Positions 9,041 through 19,610 of a DNA stretch of 64,000 nt are shown in pieces. The notes beneath the pieces were generated by a model. The model searched no databases. It saw only the letters and a list, made by a program, of their open reading frames with translations, and had not been told where the DNA came from. The DNA lies in the NCBI GenBank assembly GCA_046075565.1, contig JBJTQJ010000124.1, positions 1-64,000 of the forward strand, given 5' to 3'. Each line of letters starts with the position of its first letter. Position 1 is the first letter of the stretch. The translations under genes were made by a program, and so were the position numbers. Source of the stretch: Verrucomicrobiales bacterium. Lineage in GTDB: Bacteria; Verrucomicrobiota; Verrucomicrobiia; Verrucomicrobiales; SLCJ01.

Positions 9041-9946
9041 TCACGCCCGCGGGTGGGCGGCATCGTATACTTCTTTCAGCCGCGCCGTGGTGACGTGGGT
9101 GTAAATCTGGGTCGTTGACAGGCTGGCATGGCCGAGCAGGGCCTGCACACCCCGCAGGTCCGCGCCGCGATCCAGAAGGTGCGTTGCGAAACTATGCCGA
9201 AGCTTGTGCGGTGTCGCCTTCACCGCGATGGAAGAGAGCCGCAGGTATTTTTCCAGGAGTTGCTGCACCGCCCGCGGGGTCATGCGTTTACGTGATTTTG
9301 TTAGGAATAGCGGGCCGTTGTGGACCTTGGCCGCCGAACGATAACGCTGCGCCGCCACGAGCGCCGGATCCCCGACGGGCAAGAGCCTTTCCTTCCTGCC
9401 TTTGCCCAAGACGCGCAACGTGCCGGTGGCGTGATCGACATCGGCCACATCGAGCCCGCACAATTCCGAAACCCGCAAGCCGGTGCTATAGAACATCTCT
9501 AGTATGGCGGTATCGCGCACGGGTGCCCAAGCCGGTGCTTGTTTTTCCTTCGGCACCTTTCCGGGCAGAGCAAGCAACTCGTCCATCTGCGCGCCCGTAA
9601 GCACGACAGGCAATTTCTTTTCCGCTTTGGGAAGCGAAACGCCCTCCAATGGGTTGAGAGGAAGTCCGCGGCGACGAACCATCCATCGGTAAAAGGCCCG
9701 CAAGGCGGAAAAGCGCACCCGCACGGTCGCCCGTGCTTTTTCCTCCTTCATCATGGCCAGGAGCCAGCGGCGGAAGTCGTCAGCCCGGCAGGCTTCCCAG
9801 CTTTGGAATCCTCCCCGCGCTCCCTCCTGATGCTCCCGGAAAGCCGCCAAGCCCGCCGCATAGACTTCCAGCGTGCGGGGCGAGGCGCTGCGCTCCACTT
9901 CCATGAAGCGCAAGAATGTTTCGACCGGTTCATCAGGGGCAGCCAC
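9041..9946 (-). CDS. xerC: Tyrosine recombinase XerC-like
   Basis: RDTAILEMFYSTGLRVSEL, GKGRKER, HKLRHSFATH, LGHASLSTTQIY. GTG 9946 preferred because TATTCT lies 6 nt upstream; alternative ATG at 9994. Confidence 0.9.
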   Translation of the reverse strand: MAAPDEPVETFLRFMEVERSASPRTLEVYAAGLAAFREHQEGARGGFQSWEACRADDFRRWLLAMMKEEKARATVRVRFSALRAFYRWMVRRRGLPLNPLEGVSLPKAEKKLPVVLTGAQMDELLALPGKVPKEKQAPAWAPVRDTAILEMFYSTGLRVSELCGLDVADVDHATGTLRVLGKGRKERLLPVGDPALVAAQRYRSAAKVHNGPLFLTKSRKRMTPRAVQQLLEKYLRLSSIAVKATPHKLRHSFATHLLDRGADLRGVQALLGHASLSTTQIYTHVTTARLKEVYDAAHPRA

Positions 9947-10030
9947 GTTGGCAGAATACCGGAAAGTCGGCCCGGCGGCAACGCGGGAATCCACTCATGC
10001 GCGGCTGCCGCTGCAGATAGCAAAAGTGTC

Positions 10031-10177
10031 GGACTGCGCCGGCACAAGGAGCCCATCGGCGACTGTCCTGCCGGCCATAGCTCGCAGAGCGACGGCTGGC
10101 GACGGCGCTTTTTGGGGTGGATCGTCAATTCCCAAAGCGGTGTCGTCCCCGACAGGTCGGGGTTGCCACCGCACTCC
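10031..10177. repeat. Inverted pair of REP-like elements (GGA[C/G]TGCG...CGAC..CGCTTT family)
   Basis: GGACTGCGCCGGCA...CGACGGCGCTTT (10031-10113) faces CAAAGCGGTGTCG...TGCCACCGCACTCC (10133-10177). Confidence 0.6.
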
Positions 10178-10260
10178 ACACACCTGCGGGCCATGGTCCG
10201 TGCGCTGGTGCCGCGCTTTCGCGATTGAGCCGCCCGCGGTCCGCCCTTACAGTTCAACTC

Positions 10261-11028
10261 ATGCTGACCAAACGTGTCATCCCCTGCCTCGATGTGACCG
10301 ACGGTCGTGTCGTCAAAGGCACCAAGTTCCTCAATCTCCGCGACGCCGGCGACCCGGTCGAATGCGCCATCGCCTACAACCTCCAGGGGGCCGACGAACT
10401 CGTCTTTCTCGACATCACCGCATCCTCGGACGGACGCGAGACCATGGTCGATGTGGTGCGCCGCACCGCCGAGCAGTGTTTCATGCCTTTGACCGTGGGT
10501 GGCGGCATCCGGACCGTCGCCGACATGCGCCGCATGTTGTTGGCCGGGGCCGACAAGGTCGGGGTCAATACCGCCGCCGTGCAGAATCCTTTGCTGGTCA
10601 GCGAGGGCTCGGGCGCTTTCGGAGCCCAGTGCATCGTCGTGGCCATCGACGCGAAACGCGACGGCAAAGGCTCGTGGGAAGTCTATACACATGGAGGACG
10701 CACTCCCACCGGCATCAATGCCATCGCTTGGGCGAAAGAGGTCGCGGATCGCGGCGCCGGGGAAATCCTGCTCACCAGCATGGATGCCGATGGCACCAAA
10801 GCCGGTTACGACTGTGAGCTGACCGCCGCTATCTCCGAGGCCATTCCTTTGCCGGTCATTGCTTCCGGCGGCGCGGGTGATGTATCACACATGGTCGAAG
10901 TGCTCGACCGTGGCAAAGCCGATGCGGTGCTCGCGGCTTCCATCTTCCACTTCGGCGAAACCACGGTTGGCGATGTGAAACGCGCCCTCGCTGCCTCCGG
11001 GGTGGCGGTCCGGCCGCCTGTTGCATGA
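10261..11028 (+). CDS. hisF: Imidazole glycerol phosphate synthase cyclase subunit
   Basis: [12 protein letters not shown]...[42 protein letters not shown]. Confidence 0.98.
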   Translation: MLTKRVIPCLDVTDGRVVKGTKFLNLRDAGDPVECAIAYNLQGADELVFLDITASSDGRETMVDVVRRTAEQCFMPLTVGGGIRTVADMRRMLLAGADKVGVNTAAVQNPLLVSEGSGAFGAQCIVVAIDAKRDGKGSWEVYTHGGRTPTGINAIAWAKEVADRGAGEILLTSMDADGTKAGYDCELTAAISEAIPLPVIASGGAGDVSHMVEVLDRGKADAVLAASIFHFGETTVGDVKRALAASGVAVRPPVA

Positions 11029-12071
11029 ATCTCCCGCTCCATGATCTTCATATCGCGGCCACGCGCCCGTTGATCTCGCCAGCCGTACTGGAAGAGGAGA
11101 TTCCCCTTCCTTCCGGTTTGGCGGAAACAATTGCCGCGCACCGTGAAACGATCTCGAATGCCATCCATGGTCGTGACCCGCGGATGCTCGCCATCGTCGG
11201 ACCCTGTTCCATCCATGATGAAGTGGCCGCCCTCGAATACGCCGGACGTTTGGCCGTGCTCGCACGTGAACTTGAGGACGATTTGATCATCATCATGCGC
11301 GTGTATTTCGAGAAGCCGCGCACGACCGTGGGCTGGAAAGGTTTGATCAATGATCCGGGCATGGACGGAGGATTCCAAATCAACGATGGGCTCCGCATCG
11401 CGCGCCGCATTCTGGTCGGGGTCAACTCGCTCGGCCTACCCGCCGCCAATGAATTCCTCGACACGATCATCGGCCAATACTATGCGGACCTCATCTCGTG
11501 GGGATGTATCGGTGCGCGCACGGTCGAAAGCCAGGTCCATCGCCAGCTCGCTTCCGGACTTTCCATGCCGGTGGGATTCAAGAACCGCACCGATGGCGAT
11601 ACCGGCGTGGCCATTGAAGCCATGCTCGCGGCCGCCCATCCGCATGTTTTTCCATCGCTCACGCGTGAAGGTTTGCCCGCCGTGCTTGCTACCTCAGGCA
11701 ACCGCGACAGCCATGTGGTTTTGCGGGGAGGCTCCCGGGGGCCGAACTTTTCCCCGGCGCATCTTGCCGAATTGAGCGAAAAACTCAAAAAGGCCGGACT
11801 GCCGTCGCGGGTCCTGGTCGATTGCAGTCACGCCAACAGCGGGAAAGACCCGGCGCGTCAGCCGCTCGTGGCGGCGGAACTCGCGCAACGGACCGCAGCG
11901 GGTGAGTCCGGTTTGTTAGGAATCATGATGGAAAGCCACCTTGTCGCGGGACGTCAGGACCCCGGACCGGACGGCAAGCCCGCTGTCTATGGCCAGAGCA
12001 TCACCGATGCCTGCCTCGGGTGGGAAGAGACCGCAGAGACCCTGCGCGCCTTCGCGCGGAATTCTAGGTAG
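11025..12071 (+). CDS. aroG: 3-deoxy-7-phosphoheptulonate (DAHP) synthase, class I alpha
   Basis: [55 protein letters not shown]. Confidence 0.95.
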   Translation: MNLPLHDLHIAATRPLISPAVLEEEIPLPSGLAETIAAHRETISNAIHGRDPRMLAIVGPCSIHDEVAALEYAGRLAVLARELEDDLIIIMRVYFEKPRTTVGWKGLINDPGMDGGFQINDGLRIARRILVGVNSLGLPAANEFLDTIIGQYYADLISWGCIGARTVESQVHRQLASGLSMPVGFKNRTDGDTGVAIEAMLAAAHPHVFPSLTREGLPAVLATSGNRDSHVVLRGGSRGPNFSPAHLAELSEKLKKAGLPSRVLVDCSHANSGKDPARQPLVAAELAQRTAAGESGLLGIMMESHLVAGRQDPGPDGKPAVYGQSITDACLGWEETAETLRAFARNSR

Positions 12072-12097
12072 GGTGCGCTGGGAGAGCCGGGATCGTC

Positions 12098-13085
12098 GGG
12101 ATCGCCGACGTCCTCGTCGGCAATGCTAATGAAATAGCTTAATGAAACAGCCAGTTCATATCCACTAACCAAACTTGGTCATGTCGAACGATTCGAATGG
12201 AGAGGAAAGAGAGCTTCCTGCCTGTGCCGACGAGGACCCAGCCTTCGCCGGGGGCTACGGCGGGCAGGCGGTCGGCGGTCCCAGCGGTGATTCCGCCCTC
12301 GATCGTGAGGAATGGTATTCTCGTGGGTATCTACCGCATCGTGATCGCTTGACCTGCTGCAGTTTATCACCTTCCGGCTTGGTGACAGCCTGCCACAATT
12401 GGTGCTGGCAGAACTTGAGCAGGAGCTTCGGTTGCTTCCCAAATCACGGCGTGACAAGGAGAGAAGCGAGCGCATCGAAGAATGGCTGGACAAAGGCATG
12501 GGATGCTGTGCCCTGCGGAATTCCGAGGCAGCCGCCTTCGTGCAAAACACGTTGCTGCATTTCGATGGCCAGCGCTACAGGATGATGGCATGGGTGCTCA
12601 TGCCCAATCACGTGCACGTGCTTATCGAAGCTAAGGAACCGATGGCGAAAATCATTCAGGCTTGGAAATCCTTCAGTGCCCGATGGTTGCTGGCCAACAA
12701 CCAACGCCTTCGTCTCGGACTTCCGGATCCCCACAACGTGTGGATGCGCGAGTATTGGGATCGATTTATCCGCGATGAGCGTCACCTCGCCTCCACTTTC
12801 GAATACATTCACGACAATCCGGTAAAAGCCGGACTTTGCGCAAGGGCCTCCGATTGGCCGTGGTCGAGCGCTCGCGTGTCCGGGAGCGCTGGGATCGCCG
12901 ACGTCCTCGTCGGCAAAGCCAATGAAGATGCCAATGTGCCACCGGTTGGTTGCGATGAAATAGGAGATGGTGAAGGGAAGAGGTGATCGGGGGAGAAATC
13001 GCATTGCCGACGAGGACGTCGGCGATCCCGGCATTGCCGACGGCGACAACGGCGATCCCAGCGGTCCCTGCGATCCCAGCGGTCC
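12098..13085. repeat. REP family GGGATCGCCGACGTCCTCGTCGGCA flanking the RAYT
   Basis: Direct copies at 12098-12122 and 12891-12915. Inverted copies at 13005-13029 and (interrupted) 12225-12285. Degenerate copies at 13034-13085. Confidence 0.85.
12181..12986 (+). pseudogene. REP-associated tyrosine transposase (RAYT), frameshifted
   Basis: WYSRGYLPH in one frame. After a ~1-nt deletion near 12349, DLLQFITFRLGDSLP...MPNHVH (HUH)...WMREYWDRFIRD...YIHDNPVKAGL...WPWSS in the other frame. Confidence 0.85.
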
Positions 13086-13130
13086 TTATCGGAACTTTTC
13101 CTCGCTATCCGAGAAAACGAGTGCTAATCC

Positions 13131-16100
13131 ATGGTCATGCGCGAAGCCGAGACACCGAGATTGCCCGGAGAGATTTTTGGAACTGCCACCGGATGGGAGG
13201 TTTTCGCGTCTGGTGAAGCAACGGGGCGGGTGTCGTGTGAACCTGGGGAAGGCGGCCATCGGGTATGGCGATTGGAGTATGATTTCAAATCGGGTGGTGG
13301 CTTTGTCGTGGCCCGGCTGCCCCTGCAGGCGCTTTTGCCGGAGTCTTTCGCCTTCAGGGCCCGGTGGAGAGGCGAAGGACCTGCCAACCATTTCGAATGG
13401 AAAGTCGTTTCGGCAGGCGGCGCGGATGTGTGGCGTCACCGCCGCGATTCCGTCGTGTGGCCGAGCGATTGGCAGGCCCTCGGGATCACGGAGAGGGAAC
13501 TGCACTTCGCGTGGGGACCGGGCGGCGGAGGAACTCCCCGGGAAATCTCGGCCCTTGAGGTGGCCATCACGGCGGGACCGGGTGGCGCGGGGAGTGTCGA
13601 ACTAACAGAAGCGGGTTTCTGCGATGAGAGCTTCCAGCAACCGGCGGCTGTCATGGCGAGCAGCCGCCAGCCCGGATGCGATCCCACCAAGGTCTTCGGC
13701 GAGGGCTCTTGGCAAGCCGCTCCTGACGATCCCTCCCCATGGTGGATGGTGGATCTGGGTCAGGTGCACCGCTTCGGTGGATTGATCCTGCGTTGGCCCG
13801 ACGCACGCTGTGGCCGGGCTTTTGAAGTTTCGACTTCGCTCGATGGCCAGGCCTGGTCGCTTGCCAAGTCGGTGGAGGATGCGCGGGGAGATTGGACGCC
13901 ATTGGCCATTCCTGGTGGCGAGGCTCGTTATCTCCGCTTGGGATTTGCCTCGGCGACCGGTGCCGGTTTGCAGGCACTCGAATTGCAGCCGGATGCGTTT
14001 TCGTCATCACCCAATGCCTTCCTTCATGCCGTCGCCTCGCGTTTTCCACGCGGATGTTTCCCTCGCTACTGGATGAGAGAGCAATCCTACTGGACGCCCG
14101 TGGGGTATCCCGATGGAGGAAAACGTGCGCTGCTCAACGAGGAAGGCATGGTCGAAGTGGACGAAGGTTCGTTGTCACTCGAACCATTCCTGATTTGTGA
14201 CGGAAAACTGATCACGTGGGCGGATGCCGATTGCCGGGTCTCCCTGCCGGACGACGGGGGTCCACAACCGGGAGCGGAGTGGTCGGTGGCGGGGGGCAGC
14301 TTGCGCATTTTGCCGGAAGCTATTTTGGTTGGCAAGAAAAGGGTGCTGCGGATTTCCTATCAAGTGCGACCACAAGAGGGAGCGCGCTGGCGACTGGCGG
14401 TGGCCGCGCGTCCCTATCAGGTGAACCCACCATGGCAACAATTCCGCAATCTGGGTGGTCGTGCCACCTTGGGCGAAATAACAACCGCGTGTGACTCGGC
14501 ATCACTCGATGGAAAACCCCTCGCCTTCTCCCATCCGGCGGAAGCTTGGGGCGCAGCCACGTTCGAGCAGGGCGGGGGATTGCTGGAACTATCGCGGGGT
14601 GAAGCTCCGGAGGGCAAAGCATGCGCTGATCGTGATGGCCTTGGTAGCGGCCTCTGGTTGTGGGATGTTCCGCAGGAAGGCCTCGATCTTCATGCCTCGT
14701 GGGACTGGCAATGCGAAACAGATCAGGACGAAGCGTGGGATTCGGCCATCCATCGTGTTCATTGGCGAATGCCGGATTCGGTAAGGGATGCGGCGAGTGC
14801 ATTCCACACTTGTTCGGCGCACATTCTCATCAACCGCGATGGCTCTGGCATGCAACCCGGACCGAGGAGATACACCCGTTCATGGATCCGGGATTGCGCG
14901 ATCATGGGCGCGGCGCTCGCCAAAGCGGGACGCCCGGAACCATTACGGGAGTTTCTCTTCTGGTATGCCGTTTTCCAGCGCGAGGATGGATTCGTCCCCT
15001 GCGTGGTGGATCGCGATGGCGTTGACTGGTTGGTCGAACACGATAGTCATGGTCAGTTTCTGTGGGCGGCGCGAGAATGCCTGCGGCATGGCTTGCCGGC
15101 CGAAGATCTAACAAAGCTCCTGCCACAACTGCGCAAGGCCGCCGCGTATCTCGTCACGCTGCGCGCGAGCCGCTTGGGTGCGGAGTTCCAATCGGGCGAA
15201 CATGCCGACCGCCGGGGCTTGCTGCCGGAGTCGGCCAGCCACGAAGGCTATCTGGCGCATCCCGTGCATTCCTACTGGGATGACTTCTGGGGCATCCGCG
15301 GGCTGGAGGCGATGGCCGAGATGGAAGCGGGTATGGGAGTTGGTGAGTCGGCGTCACAATGGCGGAAAGAAGCCGATGCCTTGCGCGAAGACACGCTGGC
15401 TTCCATGCAGGCCGTGATCGGGAAACACAAACTCGGACATCTGCCCGGCTCGGTCGAATGGGCGGACTTTGATCCCACCGCGACATCCAATGCCATCGGC
15501 TTACTCGACTTCGCGGATGTATTGCCGCGGAACGAAATGCACCGGATGTTCGATACTTATCTCGAGGGATTCCGGAAAAAACATGATGGTTCGATGCCGT
15601 GGACCAATTACACGCCCTACGAGATCCGGATCATCGGGGCGATGGCGAGGATCGGCCGTCGCGAAGATGCGCACGAGTTGTTAAGTTTCTTCCTGTCCGA
15701 TCGCAGGCCTCTGGAATGGAATCAATGGCCGGAGATTGCCTGGAAGGATCCACGCTCGCCCGGTCATCTCGGGGACGTGCCGCACACTTGGATCTCGGCC
15801 GAATATATGTTCGCCTTTGCCTCGCTCTTCGTGCACGAATGCGAGGAAGTGGACCAATTTCTCCTCGCCCAAGGCGTGCCTTGGGAATGGGTGGCCGCTC
15901 CTGGAGGAACGGGCGTAGGAGGATTGCCTGTCCGCTATGGCGTGATCGATCTCGACCTGGCCGCGACGGGTCCCGATGAAAGCCGGGTTCGCATTGGTGG
16001 TGACTTCGCATTTCCCGGCGAGGGATTGCTTTTGCTGATTCCCTCGCCACCGGGCAAGAGCGCGATCCGGGCAACTACCGGTGATGGTATCGAACTTTCG

Positions 16101-16178
16101 CCCGGTCCTGCAGGAACAGGTTTCCTTCTCCGCTCCCCAGCGGCGGAGGTGCTCGTGGTTTACGGCCAGCGGGATTAG
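13131..16178 (+). CDS. Discoidin (F5/8 type C) domain-containing glycoside hydrolase-like protein
   Basis: WWMVDLG F5/8 motif; C-terminal (alpha/alpha)6-type motifs QPGPRRYTRSWIRD, EHDSHG, SASHEGY, HSYWDDFW. Confidence 0.75.
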   Translation: MVMREAETPRLPGEIFGTATGWEVFASGEATGRVSCEPGEGGHRVWRLEYDFKSGGGFVVARLPLQALLPESFAFRARWRGEGPANHFEWKVVSAGGADVWRHRRDSVVWPSDWQALGITERELHFAWGPGGGGTPREISALEVAITAGPGGAGSVELTEAGFCDESFQQPAAVMASSRQPGCDPTKVFGEGSWQAAPDDPSPWWMVDLGQVHRFGGLILRWPDARCGRAFEVSTSLDGQAWSLAKSVEDARGDWTPLAIPGGEARYLRLGFASATGAGLQALELQPDAFSSSPNAFLHAVASRFPRGCFPRYWMREQSYWTPVGYPDGGKRALLNEEGMVEVDEGSLSLEPFLICDGKLITWADADCRVSLPDDGGPQPGAEWSVAGGSLRILPEAILVGKKRVLRISYQVRPQEGARWRLAVAARPYQVNPPWQQFRNLGGRATLGEITTACDSASLDGKPLAFSHPAEAWGAATFEQGGGLLELSRGEAPEGKACADRDGLGSGLWLWDVPQEGLDLHASWDWQCETDQDEAWDSAIHRVHWRMPDSVRDAASAFHTCSAHILINRDGSGMQPGPRRYTRSWIRDCAIMGAALAKAGRPEPLREFLFWYAVFQREDGFVPCVVDRDGVDWLVEHDSHGQFLWAARECLRHGLPAEDLTKLLPQLRKAAAYLVTLRASRLGAEFQSGEHADRRGLLPESASHEGYLAHPVHSYWDDFWGIRGLEAMAEMEAGMGVGESASQWRKEADALREDTLASMQAVIGKHKLGHLPGSVEWADFDPTATSNAIGLLDFADVLPRNEMHRMFDTYLEGFRKKHDGSMPWTNYTPYEIRIIGAMARIGRREDAHELLSFFLSDRRPLEWNQWPEIAWKDPRSPGHLGDVPHTWISAEYMFAFASLFVHECEEVDQFLLAQGVPWEWVAAPGGTGVGGLPVRYGVIDLDLAATGPDESRVRIGGDFAFPGEGLLLLIPSPPGKSAIRATTGDGIELSPGPAGTGFLLRSPAAEVLVVYGQRD

Positions 16179-16214
16179 GCCTTCAAACATTCCCGGTGCA
16201 GCCTTTGCCGCCCG

Positions 16215-16487
16215 TCACTTCCTCTTCCTAGGGGGAATGCCGGCCTCGGCCTCGAGTTCCCGCTTTAACTCCGCCGGGAGGCGAAGGCAGTCCTCGTTGG
16301 CGATAGCTCCCCCGAGGGCATAGAGAAGCATGCGGTGATGTCGGGTCACACCGGCAGCGACCAGTTCGCGATAGGCTACCGCCGCTCCAACCTCACGGAA
16401 CTGGCTTTCATTGTTGATGCCAATCGCCGCCAGCATTTCCTCGCAGCGCGGGCCGAGGTTGCGCATTTCTCGTATCGGGCGGCTCAT
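16215..16487 (-). CDS. TfoX/Sxy C-terminal domain protein
   Basis: MRNLGPRCEEMLAAIGI...GAAVAY...LLYALGGAI. Confidence 0.8.
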   Translation of the reverse strand: MSRPIREMRNLGPRCEEMLAAIGINNESQFREVGAAVAYRELVAAGVTRHHRMLLYALGGAIANEDCLRLPAELKRELEAEAGIPPRKRK

Positions 16488-16704
16488 GGGGACGGGAAGA
16501 AACCTCCCAATCATAGGCCGCAGGGGCAGCGTTGCCACATTCGAAAGCGAATTTTCTCCGATACGCGAAAACCTTTTTTGAAAATTGGTAAATTTCCGAT
16601 AATTATTTGGAATTATTGACTGCTTGCTTGGAGTTATCCTTGGGAGGTGTTAATCCATGGGTGATTCGCTTGGCAAAGTGCCCGGCGGAAACCGCATTCG
16701 AATT

Positions 16705-17259
16705 ATGAAAAAGACACTAGTTTCCACGATGCTCACATTCATTGGTGCGGCTGCTTTGCAGGCTGGTCCGATGATGACCCCTTATGACGCTATGTCGCAA
16801 CAGGCGCCGATGCCCGGCCCGATGGGCTGCGAAGCCTTCGAGGGCGGATGGGCGTTCGCTCCGTTCGGCCTCTTCCTGACACCGGATTCCGACACCGACA
16901 CGACCTTCGGATTCGGTCTTCAAGGTGAATACTTCTTCAACCGCTACCTCGGTCTCGCGGCTTCCGCCCAATGGGCTGAAGTGGGTGACGTCGATGTGGG
17001 CAACTACGTGGCGGATGCGGTTGTTCGTTATCCCTTCCCGACCGCGTGCCTCGCACCCTACGCCTTTGCCGGCGTCGGCATCATCGACGCGGAAACCACC
17101 GAGTTGCTCGGTCGCCTCGGTATCGGTCTCGATTGGCGCATCTTCAATGGCCACGGCATCTTCTGCGATTGGTCCTATGGCATTCCCGGCGGTGGCGGCG
17201 GCGACGACGACATCGAGGACTACCAGATCATCCGTCTGGGCGTGAAGATCGACTTCTAA
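16705..17259 (+). CDS. Small outer-membrane beta-barrel protein
   Basis: Signal peptide, alternating beta strands, PYAFAGVG, C-terminal Phe (GVKIDF). Confidence 0.75.
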   Translation: MKKTLVSTMLTFIGAAALQAGPMMTPYDAMSQQAPMPGPMGCEAFEGGWAFAPFGLFLTPDSDTDTTFGFGLQGEYFFNRYLGLAASAQWAEVGDVDVGNYVADAVVRYPFPTACLAPYAFAGVGIIDAETTELLGRLGIGLDWRIFNGHGIFCDWSYGIPGGGGGDDDIEDYQIIRLGVKIDF

Positions 17260-17288
17260 TACTTTCCCGATAGCGGGATGTCTCCTAG

Positions 17289-17333
17289 GCAGGCCAGTGG
17301 TTCCCATCGGGGGCCACTGGCCGGTCTGCTTTT
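17289..17333 (+). terminator. Intrinsic terminator after the OMP gene
   Basis: GGCCAGTGG...CCACTGGCC stem followed by TTTT. Confidence 0.6.
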
Positions 17334-17388
17334 AGCCAGGAATCCATTTGCTTTCCACCGGGCTCAATGAATGGAGCGCAGTTTTGAG

Positions 17389-17486
17389 GCAAGACCGGGA
17401 CGGTCTTGCGACGACTGGGGTGGATGCTCGCAGCAAACCGCCTTGGACCTGCCATGGCCTCTGTAGCAAGACTGTCTCGGTCTTGC
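17389..17486. repeat. Inverted pair of GTAG-type REP palindromes
   Basis: GCAAGACCGGGACGGTCTTGCGAC (17389-17412) and GTAGCAAGACTGTCTCGGTCTTGC (17463-17486), 21/24 identical when inverted. Confidence 0.7.
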
Positions 17487-17594
17487 ACCGTGAGGATATG
17501 GCTAAAGTGAAGAAGAGTGTCCTTAGTTTTTTGCTAAGTGAATAGCATTGGGAATAGCACAATATCCGAAACAGGGTCGTGCCGCGAAGGAAGG

Positions 17595-18341
17595 TCAATT
17601 CTTCGCTGTTTTTTCCGGTGGAGCCGTGTTGTTCAAACGCACGACGCAACGCAGCTTGCCTTCGAGTTTTCCCACCCCGAGGTGATAGTAGCGGCCACTA
17701 CCTCCCCAGCTTTCGGAGAAGAATGCCGAGCCCTCCGCGATGGTTTCAATCGGCGGAGGTGCCTGGGCGTTCAATGGTGGACCAGCGAGCGCGGAGAGCA
17801 TCGGCCGGATGGCCTCGGCGTGCGGGCGCAGTGCGCCGGGGTTTTCGACCGCGACCTCGGGTCCATAAAGACTCACTTCGGTCAGGCTCTCGGCCGCGTC
17901 GAAGCCAAAATAGATTGACCAGTCCACACCGCCGGCCTTGAGCGAATACACCCCGTTGATGCCGGTGCGGCCGAGCAACTCCTTGGGCAGACCGCCCCCG
18001 ATGCCGGGCACACGTTTGAGAGCGGCGGTGGTCTCGTCGATGTCGTTACCGAGTTGGAATCCTTCGAAGGCTTCGAGCTTCGCGGCGCTTGGTGGTTTGG
18101 GCTTCAAATTTTCCGCCTCTTTTTTCACGAGGGCTTGATCCGCCGTGCCAAGTTTGTCGAGAGTGAAGACCAGTTCTTTTCCCTGTCTGTCCTTCATCGT
18201 CACGACCTCACCTTTCAAGGAGACAAGCTCCGCTTCCATGGTGCGTGTGCCGTCGGCGCTATGCCACAAACGAGTTTCCGCCTGCGCGGAAACAGTCAGC
18301 AGGGCGAGGAATACAGCCGGAATGGGGGAGCGTTGGAACAT
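17595..18341 (-). CDS. Secreted SHD1 domain protein
   Basis: Signal peptide, then RLWHSADGTRTMEAELV...LDKLGTADQ (SHD1 pattern). Confidence 0.75.
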   Translation of the reverse strand: MFQRSPIPAVFLALLTVSAQAETRLWHSADGTRTMEAELVSLKGEVVTMKDRQGKELVFTLDKLGTADQALVKKEAENLKPKPPSAAKLEAFEGFQLGNDIDETTAALKRVPGIGGGLPKELLGRTGINGVYSLKAGGVDWSIYFGFDAAESLTEVSLYGPEVAVENPGALRPHAEAIRPMLSALAGPPLNAQAPPPIETIAEGSAFFSESWGGSGRYYHLGVGKLEGKLRCVVRLNNTAPPEKTAKN

Positions 18342-18461
18342 GCGGCGAGGAACGCGTCAATTATACGCCCCGGGTGTCCTGAATCTTGGAAAAACTTCCC
18401 ATTCGCGGAAATTCGATGCCATGCATTGGTCTTCCGGGGCATCAGCTCCGGTCCTGCGAAG

Positions 18462-19556
18462 TCATTTGTTTTTTCTTGCTGCTTCGGCCTCGGCTGCTTT
18501 TGTGGCTTGCACGTGACGGGCGATGAACTGCGGGTCGCGCGCATGGGTGACGGCTTCGTCGAGGGAAAGGTAACCGCAGGCGGCGAGGTGGGCGAGGCTG
18601 GCATCGAAGGTGTGCATGCCGTCGTTTCGTCCGACTTCCATGAGGCCGGGGATTTGTTCCCATTTCTTTTCGCGGATGCAGGCGCGGACACCATTGTTGG
18701 CGACCAGCACTTCGGAGACGAGCACCCGGCCGCCGGTATCAAGCCGGGGCAGGAGTTTTTGTGCGATGATGCCGACGAGGCAGTTGGAAAGTTGCGCGAG
18801 AATCTGCGGTTGTTGTTCTGGGGGAAAAACATCGACCAGTCGATCCAAGGAACGGGGCGCGTCCTGGGTGTGCAGGGTGGCCAGCACGAGGTGTCCGGTT
18901 TCCGCCGCCGTGATGGCCGTGCGGATGGTTTCGAGATCGCGCATTTCGCTAACAAGGATGACGTCTGGGTCCTGACGAAGCGCGGAGCGCAAGGCTTCGG
19001 AGAACCCACGGGTGTCCTGTCCGACTTGCCTTTGTTTGACCAGCCCGTAGGCATGGGGGAAAACGAATTCGACCGGGTCTTCGATGGTAATGATGACGCA
19101 GGAGCGTTGTTCGCTGATCCGCTTGACCATGGAGGCGAGGGTCGTGCTTTTGCCCGCGCCGGTAATGCCGGTGACGAGAATGAGGCCCTGTGGTTTGCGG
19201 CAGAATTCTTCCACGGTCGGGCTGTGGCCGAGCGTCGAGAGATCGGGAATTTCCTCCGGGATGTAACGGAAGGCCGCTTCCACGTTGCCACGGGAAAAAT
19301 GGGCGTTGCCGCGGAAGCGTCCGACATCGCGGATCTGGAGCGCGAAGTCCAGTTCCCAATCTTTCTCAAGGCGGGCGCGCTGGGCCTCGGTCAAGACGCC
19401 GAAAATGAGGTCCCGCGAGGTGTCGCCATCCAAATCAAACTCACCGAGCGGCTGGAGTTTACCGTGGATACGGGCGGCGGGGGGTGCGCCGACAGTGATG
19501 TGGAGGTCGGAGCCGTTCAGCTCGCGGGTCTGGCGCAGGTAGTCGAAGAGGTCCAT
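18462..19556 (-). CDS. pilT: PilT/PilU family type IV pilus retraction ATPase
   Basis: SDLHI, Walker A GITGAGKST, TIEDPVE, LRQDPDVILVSEMRD, AETGHLVLATLHT. Confidence 0.92.
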   Translation of the reverse strand: MDLFDYLRQTRELNGSDLHITVGAPPAARIHGKLQPLGEFDLDGDTSRDLIFGVLTEAQRARLEKDWELDFALQIRDVGRFRGNAHFSRGNVEAAFRYIPEEIPDLSTLGHSPTVEEFCRKPQGLILVTGITGAGKSTTLASMVKRISEQRSCVIITIEDPVEFVFPHAYGLVKQRQVGQDTRGFSEALRSALRQDPDVILVSEMRDLETIRTAITAAETGHLVLATLHTQDAPRSLDRLVDVFPPEQQPQILAQLSNCLVGIIAQKLLPRLDTGGRVLVSEVLVANNGVRACIREKKWEQIPGLMEVGRNDGMHTFDASLAHLAACGYLSLDEAVTHARDPQFIARHVQATKAAEAEAARKNK

Positions 19557-19610
19557 GGTCGCGGGAAATTCCCGCAGTATGGAGCAGGGAGAGCACCTTT
19601 GGCAAGGGGC

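Noticed and set aside
9041-9994. Integron or prophage integrase interpretation of the tyrosine recombinase
   Set aside because: XerC-like size and motifs, no visible IntI insertion, housekeeping neighbours, no attC or phage genes
12098-13085. CRISPR array interpretation of the 25-bp repeats
   Set aside because: Copies are inverted, irregularly spaced and flank a RAYT; no cas genes are present
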